A stretch of 64,000 nt of DNA, taken from the NCBI GenBank assembly GCA_002104945.1, contig MCFH01000014.1, positions 1 to 64,000 of the forward strand, in the 5' to 3' direction. The DNA comes from Piromyces finnis finn. Its lineage: Eukaryota; Fungi; Neocallimastigomycota. Position numbers and translations under genes: made by a program. A model generated the notes under the pieces. That model did no database searches and was not told the DNA's origin. It saw nothing but the letters and a program-made list of their open reading frames with translations. This document shows positions 46,701-57,829 of this stretch, piece after piece; within the stretch, counting starts at the first letter, position 1, and each line of letters starts with the position of its first letter.

Positions 46701-47593
46701 TGAAATTGTGGTAGTACTTCTCCACGATTTCTTCAGGTGTGGGTTGATTTTCGTTTAAGTTTTCTTCCTGTACCAACCCTACGTAAATGTGATTTTTCTC
46801 TAAGTTCGACTCTTGTACCAACCCTAATGAAACACAAGTTTTCTCTAAGTTGGATTCAAATGTCAACCCTCCGGAATCACATTTTTTCTCTAAGTCAACA
46901 CTCTGTACCAACCCTACTGAAACGGGATTTTTCTCTAAGTCAGAACTTCGTGTCAACCCTCCGGAAACACATTTTTTCTCTAAGTTAGCACTCTGTACCA
47001 ACCCTACTGAAACACAAGTTTTCTCTAAGTTGGAACTCGATGCCAACCCTCCGGAACTTCCGTTTCTGGTTTCCTTTGTAGCCTTGTGGCTACCATTACC
47101 CACGATTTCGGCTTCTATGTTTTCCGCAGTTACAGTTACCAGAGGCCTTCTTGCTTTTGCATTAGTAACTGTAGTTATGGGACTTAATTGAGTACAGTAG
47201 TAGATATCGCCACCATTTACACCATAACTGTTGGTATGTCCTTTATCCTTATCATTATCTACCACGAAGTACCTCACTTGTGCATCTTTATCATAACCTC
47301 TGTAGATAAAGTGCTCATCCATGAAGCCCAGTCCCACAATGATCATCTCCGGCATGTTGTCGGATAGGTGACAACTTGTGTTGAAGCAGTATGGTTTAGC
47401 TTCTTGTTCGCCAGATGGAGTTAACCATAACTTCAACTGCAAGTCATCTGAGAACTGCTTTAACTCGATATCTCCATTCACAGTTCTGAATATGGCTGGT
47501 TTGTCCACTACTTTTAACCCGAGCTTCTTTGCCAAATTTGGGTGAATGAGGTTTGTAGTGGAACCAGTATCATACAAGACTTCTACCCTTTTT
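43741..47593 (-). pseudogene. pol: E pol part (protease, 15-aa repeat linker, RT, RNase H, integrase, degenerate chromodomain)
   Basis: YDTGS, YLDD, HDSETAGH..CTIC, QVERNN, GPF, C-terminal YQYLATFSDFRQEWV. Confidence 0.92.
46756..47052 (-). repeat. 45-bp coding tandem repeat (6.6 units of 15 aa)
   Basis: GGLASSSNLEKTCVS / VGLVQSANLEKKCVS / GGLTRSSDLEKNPVS / VGLVQSVDLEKKCDS / GGLTFESNLEKTCVS / LGLVQESNLEKNHIY / VGLVQEENL. Confidence 0.92.
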
Positions 47594-47598
47594 ATATC

Positions 47599-48007
47599 TG
47601 TAACGAATCATAGAAATTAGTAACCTGTCTTAGTGGTTAGTAACTAAGACCTTGGTTTGAACTACTCGAGTTCGAAACCTCATTAATATCTTTTTTTTAA
47701 TTATTAAAATATTTTATAACGAAATTTTACCAAAGAAGATAATTTCTGATTGGCTTAAAAAATTAAGTTGTAAAATTTTTATAAATTTACTTTTAAAAAC
47801 ATTTATATAAATACGAGTGAAATTTCTCAAAAAATTATTTGGAATTCGAGTTTTTATTAACAAAGAAATTTTATAATAAAAATAAAATTATTAAACACTA
47901 ACCTGTTATAATTTTGTTAAGTGTTCAATAATAAAATTTTTATTTGCTTTTATTATTTTCCTTTTTATATATTTGTGTTTTTATTTATTGAACATTAGTT
48001 CTTTACA
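47599..48007 (+). repeat. B1 5' LTR
   Basis: tgtaacgaatc...tagttctttaca; TATATAAA at 47804-47811. Confidence 0.95.
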
Positions 48008-48017
48008 ATAAAAACTC
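48008..48017 (+). promoter_or_regulatory. B1 self-priming PBS (ataaaaactc)
   Basis: Reverse complement of gagtttttat at 47848-47857. Confidence 0.8.
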
Positions 48018-48299
48018 CTAAAATATATAATAACACCTTAGTGTTTAAAAAAGGAAGAATTTTTAATTTATTAAAAAATTAAGTAAGTCAGTGAAGCTTA
48101 TTTTAACAATAAGGGTACTGAAAACAAAAGTAAAACCCACAGTTATTATAAGGGGAGCGCCAGGACGCTTAATTTAATAATAAAGAAAAAATTCATTTTC
48201 TAATAAAACGTTTTCTACTTTTAATAAATAAAATTAAATTTTATTTATTATTTTTGAAAAAATATTAAAATAACAAAGAAGTTAGGATTCAATACCTCC

Positions 48300-48504
48300 C
48301 TTAGCGTGGATAGTTGGACACCTATACGTAATACTTTGTTGTTTAGATATTATTAATAATCGGGGAATTAAACCTATTTTTTTCTTTCCGCTTAATTAAG
48401 TGACAATAAAGAAACTAATACCGTTAATTCCTTTTATTGAAAATTTTCATTTCCAATATTAACAATTGATAATATCTACGTTATCAACAAAGAGCTACAA
48501 GGGA
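48300..48504 (+). ncRNA. Structured leader RNA module, B1 copy
   Basis: Nested helices 48334-41/48485-92, 48345-53/48469-77, 48364-71/48424-31, 48381-87/48408-14 and 48389-93/48398-402; homologous to C 20151-20355. Confidence 0.75.
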
Positions 48505-48703
48505 CCTAGTATTGAATACTAATAAAATTAAATATTTGATGGTCCAATACTATTTAATTTGACTCTTTGTCTATATTTAAAATATTTTAATCAATAAATA
48601 ATAATAAAGATTTAATTTTTTTTTCTTTCTTAATTTCTTCAAACATAACTTTATCTTATTTACATAATTTTTATTTTCAAACAATTATATTTTTTTAATT
48701 TTA

Positions 48704-51700
48704 ATGGAAGGACAAATATTTGATAACGCCTCACTAAAAGACGGTTTCGCAGGAGACAGAAAATATCTCAAAGGTTTCTTAGCCAAAATAGAACTTGTTT
48801 TTCTCCTTTATCCCGAAAGATATCAAGATGAAGAGAGCAAGGTTATCTACCTGATTTCTCGCCTTTATGGAAATGCATTAAATTGGGCCGCTACGCTTAT
48901 TGACAACCATGATCCATGTCTGACCAACTACCAAGCATTCAAGGAAAGACTAAAGGCATTCTACGGGAACAATGATGCAGTCTACGTAGCCAATCAAATG
49001 CTACGTACTCTCAAGCAACATCGTTTGGGCGGCATCAGAGGATACATCCTTGAATTTAACAAATACTCTGATGAATCTAACTGGAATGAAGAGGCTAAGA
49101 TGGATGCTTTTATCGCTGGGCTCAACCAAGAAGTTGCAATGAAGATATTAGAGATGTTCCCAGGACCAAGAGATTTGTTTTCCCTCCAAACTATTGCAGC
49201 TAGAATAGACTCCAGACTTGCTACCAGGGGATTATTTTTTGACAAAAATACTAAGGGACCAAGTTCTAATTCCAGCAATGGCTCCAGAAAGGCTTCCACA
49301 AATCTAAAAGAACATCCCAAGAAGAAAAGATACTTTGGTCCGTTATCCAAGGAAGAAAAAGAAAGAAGAAGTAAGGAAAACTTATGTGTCTATTGTGGAT
49401 CTCCAGGACACCAACTGAAAGATTGTCATAAGAGAAGAAATAAAAACTCAGCATTCGAATCTTTAGTTTCTCTACAAAATAATTCTACCAATTCCAAGAA
49501 AAATCAACAAGATAGGGTAACCTCAAATTTTAAATTATCGTTTGAACTAGACACAAAAATTCTTATAGACTCCGGTTCTACACTTAATCTAATAGATGTC
49601 GACTATTGCAACGATCACAATATTCCCTACCACTATGAAGAAGATTTACCCAACGTATTCGGTATTGGTGGTAGCCAAAAACTGTTCGGAGTTACTCCAC
49701 TTCTTAATCTTCGCTACATGGATCACCTATGCCGTACTGTCTTTTACGTTACTGATCTACCTGTATATCCTTGTATTCTAGGTCTACGTTGGCTTAAGGA
49801 ACATAATCCAAGTATTGACTTTGAAAATAATAAATTATCCTTTGGTTCTTCATATTGCTTGGATCATTGTATGACTCTCCCTTCGAATGTTCCCGAATTC
49901 CATCAGGAAACTTCTGTTTTTTCTACTGATTGCAATAACTCTTCTTCCGTTTCTTTGCCTATTTTTATTGACAAACCTAAATCTTCTTTTTCAAATTCTA
50001 AGTTATCTCATTCTCGTAATCCCAAAGAAAATCGTTCTAAATCTGTCTTAATTAACAATGAATCTGTTAACGATCCTTTATCACAAGAGACTTGTACTGT
50101 CATGGCTTCTAATATATCTCTTTCTAAAGTTGATTCTTGTTCACCAAAAAACTCTTTTAAAGACTCAAATCCTACTACTAAACTTCCGAAGGAATTAGAA
50201 TCATATATGGACGTCTTTAGCGAATCTTCTGCTGCTCAATTACCACCTCATCGTCCTTATGATTGCCAAATAAACCTAATCGAAAATGCCAAGCTATTTT
50301 ATGGACCAATCTACCCACTAACAGACGAAGAAACAAGAGTTTTGAAGGATTATATCGATGAAAACCTCAAAAAGGGTTTCATTAGGAAATCCAAATCTCC
50401 TGCTGGTGCGCCTGTACTTTTCGTTCCTAAAAAGAATGGTGAACTCCGTCTTTGTCAAGATTATAGGGAACTCAACAAAATTACCATTAGAGATTCCTAT
50501 CCTCTACCTCTGATTCAAGATATGCTAGAGCATCTTGGTAAAGCGAAAATCTTCTCAAAATTGGATTTACGATCAGCATATAATTTGGTCCGAATCAAAA
50601 AGGGTGATGAATATAAAACAGCTTTCACCTGCAAATTCGGCCACTTTGAATACCTGGTAATGCCATTCGGACTGAAAAACGCCCCGGCTGTTTTTCAGCA
50701 TTTTATCAATGATGTTCTGGAAAATATTCTAGGGATTTTTGTTTATTCATATATTGACGATTTAATTATTTTTTCTGAAAACCATAAATCCCACATTAAG
50801 CACGTTATCGAAGTCCTGGATCGCTTAAGAAATGCTGGTCTTTATGCTAAGCTTGAAAAGTGTGAATTCTTTGTTTCCTCTATTGATTTCCTTGGTCATC
50901 GGATATCCTCTGAAGGTATACATATGGACCCCAATAAAGTTTCTGCTATTATTAATTGGCCAGTTCCGTCCAGTGTCAAGGAAGTTCAATCTTTTATTGG
51001 CCTAGCCAACTACTATCGTCGGTTTATTCCTAATTTTGCCAAAGTTGCACAACCCCTTCACAGACTACTTCGTAAAAACGTTAAATTTGATTTTTCCTCT
51101 GAAGCTCTTGATGCATTTAATACCATTAAATCATTAATTTCATCTGCTCCCATCCTGTCTCACCCAAATCGTGATCTTCCCTTTATTGTTGAAACCGACT
51201 CTAGCAACTTTGCTATAGGAGCAGTTCTGTCTCAAAAATCTCCTGATGATAAAATGATCCATCCTGTCGCTTTCTATTCAAGATCTCTTACTTCCGCTGA
51301 AAGAAACTATCCTATATACGATAAAGAACTTTTAGCTATTGTTAATGCTCTTGAAACTTGGCGACATTTTCTCAAAGGTGCTTTAACCCCGTTTACTATT
51401 TATTCAGATCATCGAAACTTACTATATCAAAAGAAACCGGAAAAAATGTCACAACGTCTTGTTCGTTGGGCCCTTTTCCTTTCCGAATTTAACTTTAAAA
51501 TTCTCTACCGCTCTGGTTCATCTAATGGTAAACCTGATGCGCTTTCACGAAGACCTGATTATATGGATTCCTCTCTTCCTTCTGATGCTCCTTTTTCGGT
51601 TTTACGCCCTGAGAATTTCTGCGCTTTGATTTGTTCCATTTCTTCTCTTAATGATGAAATATTATCTGAATATGTGAACGACTCTTTTTACATTGACATT

Positions 51701-53068
51701 TGCAATTTTCTTGAAAATAAGAATCTCCCAGCTCCACATCCACAAAGTAATAAATTCTCCCTTAGTAATAGTTTTCTTCTTTTTGATAGTAGAATCTATG
51801 TCCCTTTAAAATGCCGTCCCTCCGTTTTGAAACTCTGTCATGATTCCCCCTCTGCCGGTCATTTTGGTATCCGCAAAACTATTTCTTTGATCTCTCGTGA
51901 CTTTTGGTGGCCATCCATTTCTATTGATGTTAAGAATTATATCCGATCTTGCGAGATTTGTTGCCGCTCCAAGCCTTCTCGTCATAAACCATATGGTTTA
52001 CTTCAACCCCTTGAGATTAGTGACCATCCTTGGGCTTCTATTTCTATGGATTTCATTACTGACCTCCCTCCTTCGGATGGATTTAACACTATTCTTGTTG
52101 TAGTTGACCGCCTTACTAAAATGTGCCACCTCATTCCCTTTAAAGGTATTCCTTCTGCTTCTGATACTGCTTTTGCTTTTTTGAATTATATTTTCAAAAT
52201 TCACGGTCTCCCCTCTGAAATTATTTCCGATAGAGGCGCGCAATTCACTTCGAAATTTTGGAAATCTATTTGTCAATCTTTGGACGTCAATGTTAAATAT
52301 TCTTCACCATATCATCATCAATCCAATGGCCAAACGGAGAGGGTAAACTCCGTTGTTGAACAATATTTAAGATGCTTTTCTAATTATAAAGGAACAAACT
52401 GGATCAACTTTCTTCCATTGGCAGAATTCAGTTACAATAATGCTGTTCAAGACTCAACAAAATTCTCACCATTCTTCCTAAATTATGGTTATCACCCAAA
52501 ATACTCTCCGGTAATTCCTGACCAAACGAATGTTCCAAGAGCTGAAGAGTTTACAAGAGACTTTGAAGACCTAATGGAGAAACTAAAAGAAAACTTAAAG
52601 AAGGCCATCCAAGTTCAAAAGAAATATGCCGACAAGTATAGACAAGAACCTCCGACATTCAAGACTGGTGACAAAGTATGGTTGGATAGCTCCTTGATAA
52701 TTCATAAAGGAAATAAAAAATTTAATCCTAGGAAACTTGGCCCGTTTAGGATAATTAGTAAAATCTCTAATCTCACTTATAAATTAGAATTACCAAAATC
52801 GCTGAAGATTTACCCAATTGTTCATGTTTCAAACCTAGAACCGTATTATGAAGATAGTTTTGGAAGAATCAAAGATCCACCTCCACCTATAATAGTAAAT
52901 GAAGAAGAAGAATACGAAGTAGAAGAAATACTTGATAAAAGAAAGCATTATGGGAAGATTCAATATCTAATAAAATGGAAAGGTTATCCGCTTTCAGAAG
53001 CATCTTGGGAACCTGAAAGTAATTTAAACTGCGATGAACTAATTAAAAACTTTAATAATTCACATTAG
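48704..53068 (+). CDS. gag-pol: B1 single-ORF Gag-Pol with canonical chromodomain
   Basis: 1454 aa. Motifs CVYCGSPGHQLKDC, LIDSGS, YIDD, HHCC, DDE, GPF, chromodomain with aromatic-cage residues Y...W..Y. Confidence 0.97.
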   Translation: MEGQIFDNASLKDGFAGDRKYLKGFLAKIELVFLLYPERYQDEESKVIYLISRLYGNALNWAATLIDNHDPCLTNYQAFKERLKAFYGNNDAVYVANQMLRTLKQHRLGGIRGYILEFNKYSDESNWNEEAKMDAFIAGLNQEVAMKILEMFPGPRDLFSLQTIAARIDSRLATRGLFFDKNTKGPSSNSSNGSRKASTNLKEHPKKKRYFGPLSKEEKERRSKENLCVYCGSPGHQLKDCHKRRNKNSAFESLVSLQNNSTNSKKNQQDRVTSNFKLSFELDTKILIDSGSTLNLIDVDYCNDHNIPYHYEEDLPNVFGIGGSQKLFGVTPLLNLRYMDHLCRTVFYVTDLPVYPCILGLRWLKEHNPSIDFENNKLSFGSSYCLDHCMTLPSNVPEFHQETSVFSTDCNNSSSVSLPIFIDKPKSSFSNSKLSHSRNPKENRSKSVLINNESVNDPLSQETCTVMASNISLSKVDSCSPKNSFKDSNPTTKLPKELESYMDVFSESSAAQLPPHRPYDCQINLIENAKLFYGPIYPLTDEETRVLKDYIDENLKKGFIRKSKSPAGAPVLFVPKKNGELRLCQDYRELNKITIRDSYPLPLIQDMLEHLGKAKIFSKLDLRSAYNLVRIKKGDEYKTAFTCKFGHFEYLVMPFGLKNAPAVFQHFINDVLENILGIFVYSYIDDLIIFSENHKSHIKHVIEVLDRLRNAGLYAKLEKCEFFVSSIDFLGHRISSEGIHMDPNKVSAIINWPVPSSVKEVQSFIGLANYYRRFIPNFAKVAQPLHRLLRKNVKFDFSSEALDAFNTIKSLISSAPILSHPNRDLPFIVETDSSNFAIGAVLSQKSPDDKMIHPVAFYSRSLTSAERNYPIYDKELLAIVNALETWRHFLKGALTPFTIYSDHRNLLYQKKPEKMSQRLVRWALFLSEFNFKILYRSGSSNGKPDALSRRPDYMDSSLPSDAPFSVLRPENFCALICSISSLNDEILSEYVNDSFYIDICNFLENKNLPAPHPQSNKFSLSNSFLLFDSRIYVPLKCRPSVLKLCHDSPSAGHFGIRKTISLISRDFWWPSISIDVKNYIRSCEICCRSKPSRHKPYGLLQPLEISDHPWASISMDFITDLPPSDGFNTILVVVDRLTKMCHLIPFKGIPSASDTAFAFLNYIFKIHGLPSEIISDRGAQFTSKFWKSICQSLDVNVKYSSPYHHQSNGQTERVNSVVEQYLRCFSNYKGTNWINFLPLAEFSYNNAVQDSTKFSPFFLNYGYHPKYSPVIPDQTNVPRAEEFTRDFEDLMEKLKENLKKAIQVQKKYADKYRQEPPTFKTGDKVWLDSSLIIHKGNKKFNPRKLGPFRIISKISNLTYKLELPKSLKIYPIVHVSNLEPYYEDSFGRIKDPPPPIIVNEEEEYEVEEILDKRKHYGKIQYLIKWKGYPLSEASWEPESNLNCDELIKNFNNSH

Positions 53069-53171
53069 TAATAGTTATTAATTTAAAAAAAAATTAGTAA
53101 TTGATAAGAGAAAAAGAGAATAGAAAATAGAAAATAGAAAATGAAAAAATATATTTATAATTTAATATTCA

Positions 53172-53203
<32 letters not shown>

Positions 53204-53303
53204 TTTTCAAAATGTATTCACTCGTTTCAATTATTTCTTTTATAATAAAGTAACAAATAAATTTAGTTGATTCGTCTGGTATCCGAATCCTGGAGGAGGA
53301 CCA

Positions 53304-53712
53304 TGTAACGAATCATAGAAATTAGTAACCTGTCTTAGTGGTTAGTAACTAAGACCTTGGTTTGAACTACTCGAGTTCGAAACCTCATTAATATCTTTTT
53401 TTTAATTATTAAAATATTTTATAACGAAATTTTACCAAAGAAGATAATTTCTGATTGGCTTAAAAAATTAAGTTGTAAAATTTTTATAAATTTACTTTTA
53501 AAAACATTTATATAAATACGAGTGAAATTTCTCAAAAAATTATTTGGAATTCGAGTTTTTATTAACAAAGAAATTTTATAATAAAAATAAAATTATTAAA
53601 CACTAACCTGTTATAATTTTGTTAAGTGTTCAATAATAAAATTTTTATTTGCTTTTATTATTTTCCTTTTTATATATTTGTGTTTTTATTTATTGAACAT
53701 TAGTTCTTTACA
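53304..53712 (+). repeat. B1 3' LTR
   Basis: Direct repeat of 47599-48007. Confidence 0.95.
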
Positions 53713-55400
53713 ATATCTCGAGGTTTGCTTCTTGCATTTATTTCAGCTACTAGTTGGTTCTGACTGTAGTAACTGTTATTGACCGTCGTTTGACTTGCCA
53801 TAGCCTTAGGTAATGGGTTATTTCCCATACTAGAAGGTCCTTGCCTTGGTTGGAAGCTAGAACTTCTTCTAAAGCTTGACTTATTTAAGGATTCACGACG
53901 TTCTTTAGTACCATTATTGTTTTTTGCGTAAGCCTGAGTGTTGGTCTGCTCAACTTTAGGCTTATTATTTGGCTTGTTGTTCTTCTGCTTCAACTCAGCC
54001 CATCTAGATGGCCTACATGGGTCTGTAATGTCCAACAATGCCATAATAGTGGTCTGGCGGTCTCTTTTGTCGTACTTTTCTATGGTTTCATTACGGAAGA
54101 CTGCTTGGTGATCATCGCACTTTAACAAGACTTCACTTAATGTTTCCAGCGTACGTTCCTGTTCAGGGATATCATAGAACGCTTCCCTGACAGAAGGCCT
54201 GACCTGTTGTATTAACACCTGTCTCCTAACATTTTCAGGGAGCCCAAGTGTTTCCGTCAATTCATTGAACTCTTCCAAGTAATCGTATGCTTTTCCCCAC
54301 TCATGTGTGAGCTTAAGCAACTTTGACTTGCAGAGTTCATGGGGAGACTCTGGTGGAAACTTATCTTGAAGGTGGAGGAATAGTCTTTCAGCATCAGGAT
54401 TCCTACGCTGCAACATCCTCTCTCTAAGTCTATACCATCTCAATACTTTCCCACCTAGATGATCTTCAATGAAGCTAACCTTTGCCTTTTCGTCGTTACC
54501 ATAGTCATATGGGTAACGTTTGAAATGACGTAAGCACTTCTCTTGAAAACCCTCTAAGTCTATCCCATTATTATCAAACATAGGCACTTTTTCTTCATAC
54601 CTATGTACTCGCCAGTCGAACATCTTTACGTCCCCATCCTCGGAGTATTCCGTAGGGTTGGTGCTACTACTAGTTCCAGCACCATGAGGATTACCCATAC
54701 CACCGGTTTGATAGGATGTTCTTTCATGAGCTCTGGCTTCAGCTCTTCTGTTCATGGCTTCGACTTTAGCCTCGAACAATTTTTCTCTTTCTTCTAGAGC
54801 GTTTCGTTGCTCCCTCAATCTGGCCATCTCTTCTTCAAGCTCTTTTTTATAAGAGACAAAGGCACTAGATTGGCGGTACAACGTTTCTTGGTTGTTTAGC
54901 ACTTGCTGGTGGTCTTGTAACCTTTCCTCATGTTCTGCAGTAAAGGCATTTTCCACAGCATGCAGCTCTTCCAAGCTAACTTGGCTAGCCGACTCATTAG
55001 CTTCCAACCTTTGATCCACTTCAACAAATTTTTGCTGAAGAGCATCGTTTATCTCGCTCTTGTAAACCTCAATACCACGAAGTTGTTCTTCCATAGCACC
55101 CAGACGGTTTCCCATACTAGCAAACTGGCTAGATATTTCCGAAACCCATCTATTAATAAGAACTTTAATGTGTTGCATTGGGTTTACCTCACTATTATTA
55201 GTAAAAAAGAAAGAAGGATCAACAGGGGCGGGCATAGAATCCCCCTGTTGAACCTGTAAATTCTGATTAGATTCGACCTCAGTGCTTTCGAGAAGCACCG
55301 GGGTTCGAACCCGTGACATTCCCTCTACACCATCCATGCCATCCGCGCTCGCCGCGTCAGGACGGGTCCCGTCCCTTACGAATGATGTTTTTGTGTCCAA
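53713..55400 (-). pseudogene. gag: E Gag (coiled-coil N-region plus capsid-like region, no CCHC seen)
   Basis: ORF 53700-55400, cut at the atatc TSD and in frame with the protease at 47593. Confidence 0.85.
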
Positions 55401-57220
55401 TTTATGGACACCTCGAGGGTTAGGCGACTTACCTGTGTCACGAATACTAGTGAAATTACAATTTCAAGATCACTTGGAATTGTGAAATCACTTATGAAAA
55501 TTCAAAATCAACAAATAGTTTATTTTCAAATAAATTATAAAATTTTATTAAGAAATATTTAAAAATTTAGGAAAGGTTAAAATATGACCTTAACCCTTAA
55601 TAATTTTTATAATAAATAACTTTAACCCTTATCGTTAAAATGGAATAAGAAAAAACACGCGTATCTCCTCAACGAATGACGATTTTTGAATAAAAATATT
55701 TTGGTTATAATTACGTTCGTTAGAAAGCCACGCTCGAGACAAACAACATATCTTAAAATCAGGTCAATATCTCTGCTGGTTCACGAGATATTCCAATTTA
55801 AAGATATTTTGTTAGCAATGATTAATTGTTTATTCAGAGAATGATCACCCCTGATATATCAAACATAAATCATTCACTCAAAGTATAAAAAATTATTGTT
55901 TAATTAAATTAAAATTATTTTCCGGAACTAATTAACTTTATTTTATAATAATTATTTCAATAACATAATTTATAATCTTTGAATTAAAAGATTATAATTA
56001 TTAATATTATATTCAATGAATTATATTATAATTAAGAAATAATTAATATTATAAATATATAAACAATAGTTATTTTTAATAATTAGTAGTAAGTCTTAAG
56101 TTTAGCCTTAGTATTATAAAATATATTATGAATATAATCATGTACTAAAAAGTTATTTTAGTATTAAATGTAAAATTATAAATAGTATAAATAGTTTAGA
56201 ATAGTTTTATGAATTAAATCTTTGTAAAGATTATTATCTTATTAATACTTAATAAGTATTACTATTAAATAATCTTATTATTATATATATTCTTTAAATA
56301 AAATAAAAAGGAATTATTTTAACTATAATACATAATTTAATTATTCATTTATAAATCAATTAAGATTATTTTAATAAAACATTTTTTTTCTAACCTAGTT
56401 ATCTTTTAACCTTTTATTTAATTTAATATTTTAATATTAAATTATAAGTTTAGTAAAACTTTTACATTAATACGTATTTAAAATAATGTATAATGTATTA
56501 AATTAATGTACCGTAAATTTCCATAAAATTTATATCACAATACATTAACATAAATTTATGTAAAATATAATTTTATGATAAGATAAAGTTTTTGATGATA
56601 AAATAAAATTTTAAATTAAATAAATTTTAACCAATAAATATTTTAGATAATAAAAAATTTTTTTTATAAACTAAGCCTCAAAATTAGAAATAAATAAATT
56701 GAATATATGTTTGAAATATAATCAACCATATAGTAAATAAATCAAAACTTTATTTTAAGTTTAGAAAATTCTGTAGTAAATAAATTGAATTTAAATAGTT
56801 TAATACAAATAATTTCTTTTAATAAATGTATAAATGTAAACAATGTAAAATTATAATATTAAAACATGTATATTAGAATTTATTCAATTTATTTAAAAAG
56901 TATAAATAAAGAAAATTTTTCAACTATTGAAAGGATAGTTGGAAAATCGTATAGGTTAATTTAGTATAGATAAATTAACATTAGTTTATAGTTTAGATTA
57001 ATAATTTTAGTTTTAAATAAAATAAATTGATTACCTAGTGAGGGCTCTGGTAAAATATCCTTCACGGTAAAGTAATCAACGGTTGTTTTAGTTTAGTTAT
57101 TTTAAAATAATTTAATAAATAAAATATAAAAATTAAAAATAATTTAAAGTGTAGTTTAGAATATTGAGTGTATACAAACCTGAACTTAGTTTAGAATATT
57201 TTACACTTAGAGAGAGAGAT

Positions 57221-57829
57221 TGTAAAGATATCAAACGCCTCTGTTTGATATCTTTAATGTAACTTAAGCCACAAGTATTATTGTTTAAGCTATACAATTT
57301 ATATTACAGAAAAAGAAAATGAGACATAATTTATTTATTAATAATTAAAGTTTGAAACAAAATAAATTATTAATTTATTTTTAATGTTTTACAAATAAAT
57401 TAAATTTCTCAATTTAATTTCTTAGTTTTAGTATTGTTTTTGATAGAAAAAGATGAATAGTATATAAATAATAAATGATTAATATATAAATAATACATGG
57501 GCGCATATTCAAATTGAATAGTACTTAATTTGAATTGCCTATTTAATTTTACTAAAATAGTTATAGTTTAAATATTTTATTAATAGTTAAGATTTTAGTG
57601 TAGGTTTTAAATAATAATATATTTTAAATAAATAGTTATAATATAATATAAATGTATTTAGGAAAAGTATAAATAGAAGATGTTTTTCATCATTTTATCA
57701 ATGTAATTGTTATTATTAAAAATTCTATTATAATAAAAGACATTTTTTATAAAACAATTTTTATTTTAATTATAGTGTTATTGTAAAGAATAGATATCCT
57801 AATCTATTCTTTCAGTGTTCAACATTACA
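57221..57829 (+). repeat. 3' LTR of a distant A-family element (H)
   Basis: Purine tract agagagagagat, then tgtaaagatatc; carries the A-family gtaattgttatt motif and U5-like end ...cattaca; partner LTR not seen. Confidence 0.65.

Larger units (their letters stand above)
47599..53712 (+). mobile_element. Full-length intact chromovirus B1
   Basis: LTRs 47599-48007 and 53304-53712 (both 409 bp, no differences seen); TSD atatc at 47594-47598 and 53713-53717; PPT ggaggaggacca 53292-53303. Confidence 0.97.
43225..55900 (-). mobile_element. Ty3/gypsy element E, interrupted by B1; 5' LTR not found (right boundary approximate)
   Basis: 3' LTR 43225-43719; PPT (minus strand taggggggcat) at 43720-43730; reconstructed gag-pol 55400-53713 plus 47593-43741 = 5541 nt, in frame (...SKPRDIKRVEVLYDTGS...). 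Confidence 0.88.

Noticed and set aside
9675-54797. The many 60-125 aa ORFs overlapping gag-pol on the opposite strand or in other frames
   Set aside because: No recognisable domains; expected shadow ORFs, and the duplicated ones simply follow the B1/B2 duplication.
57782-57812. tgtaaaga plus 11-bp hairpin as the start of a new LTR
   Set aside because: No matching TSD, and it aligns with the internal U5 ttattgtaaa segment of A-family LTRs, so it is part of H.
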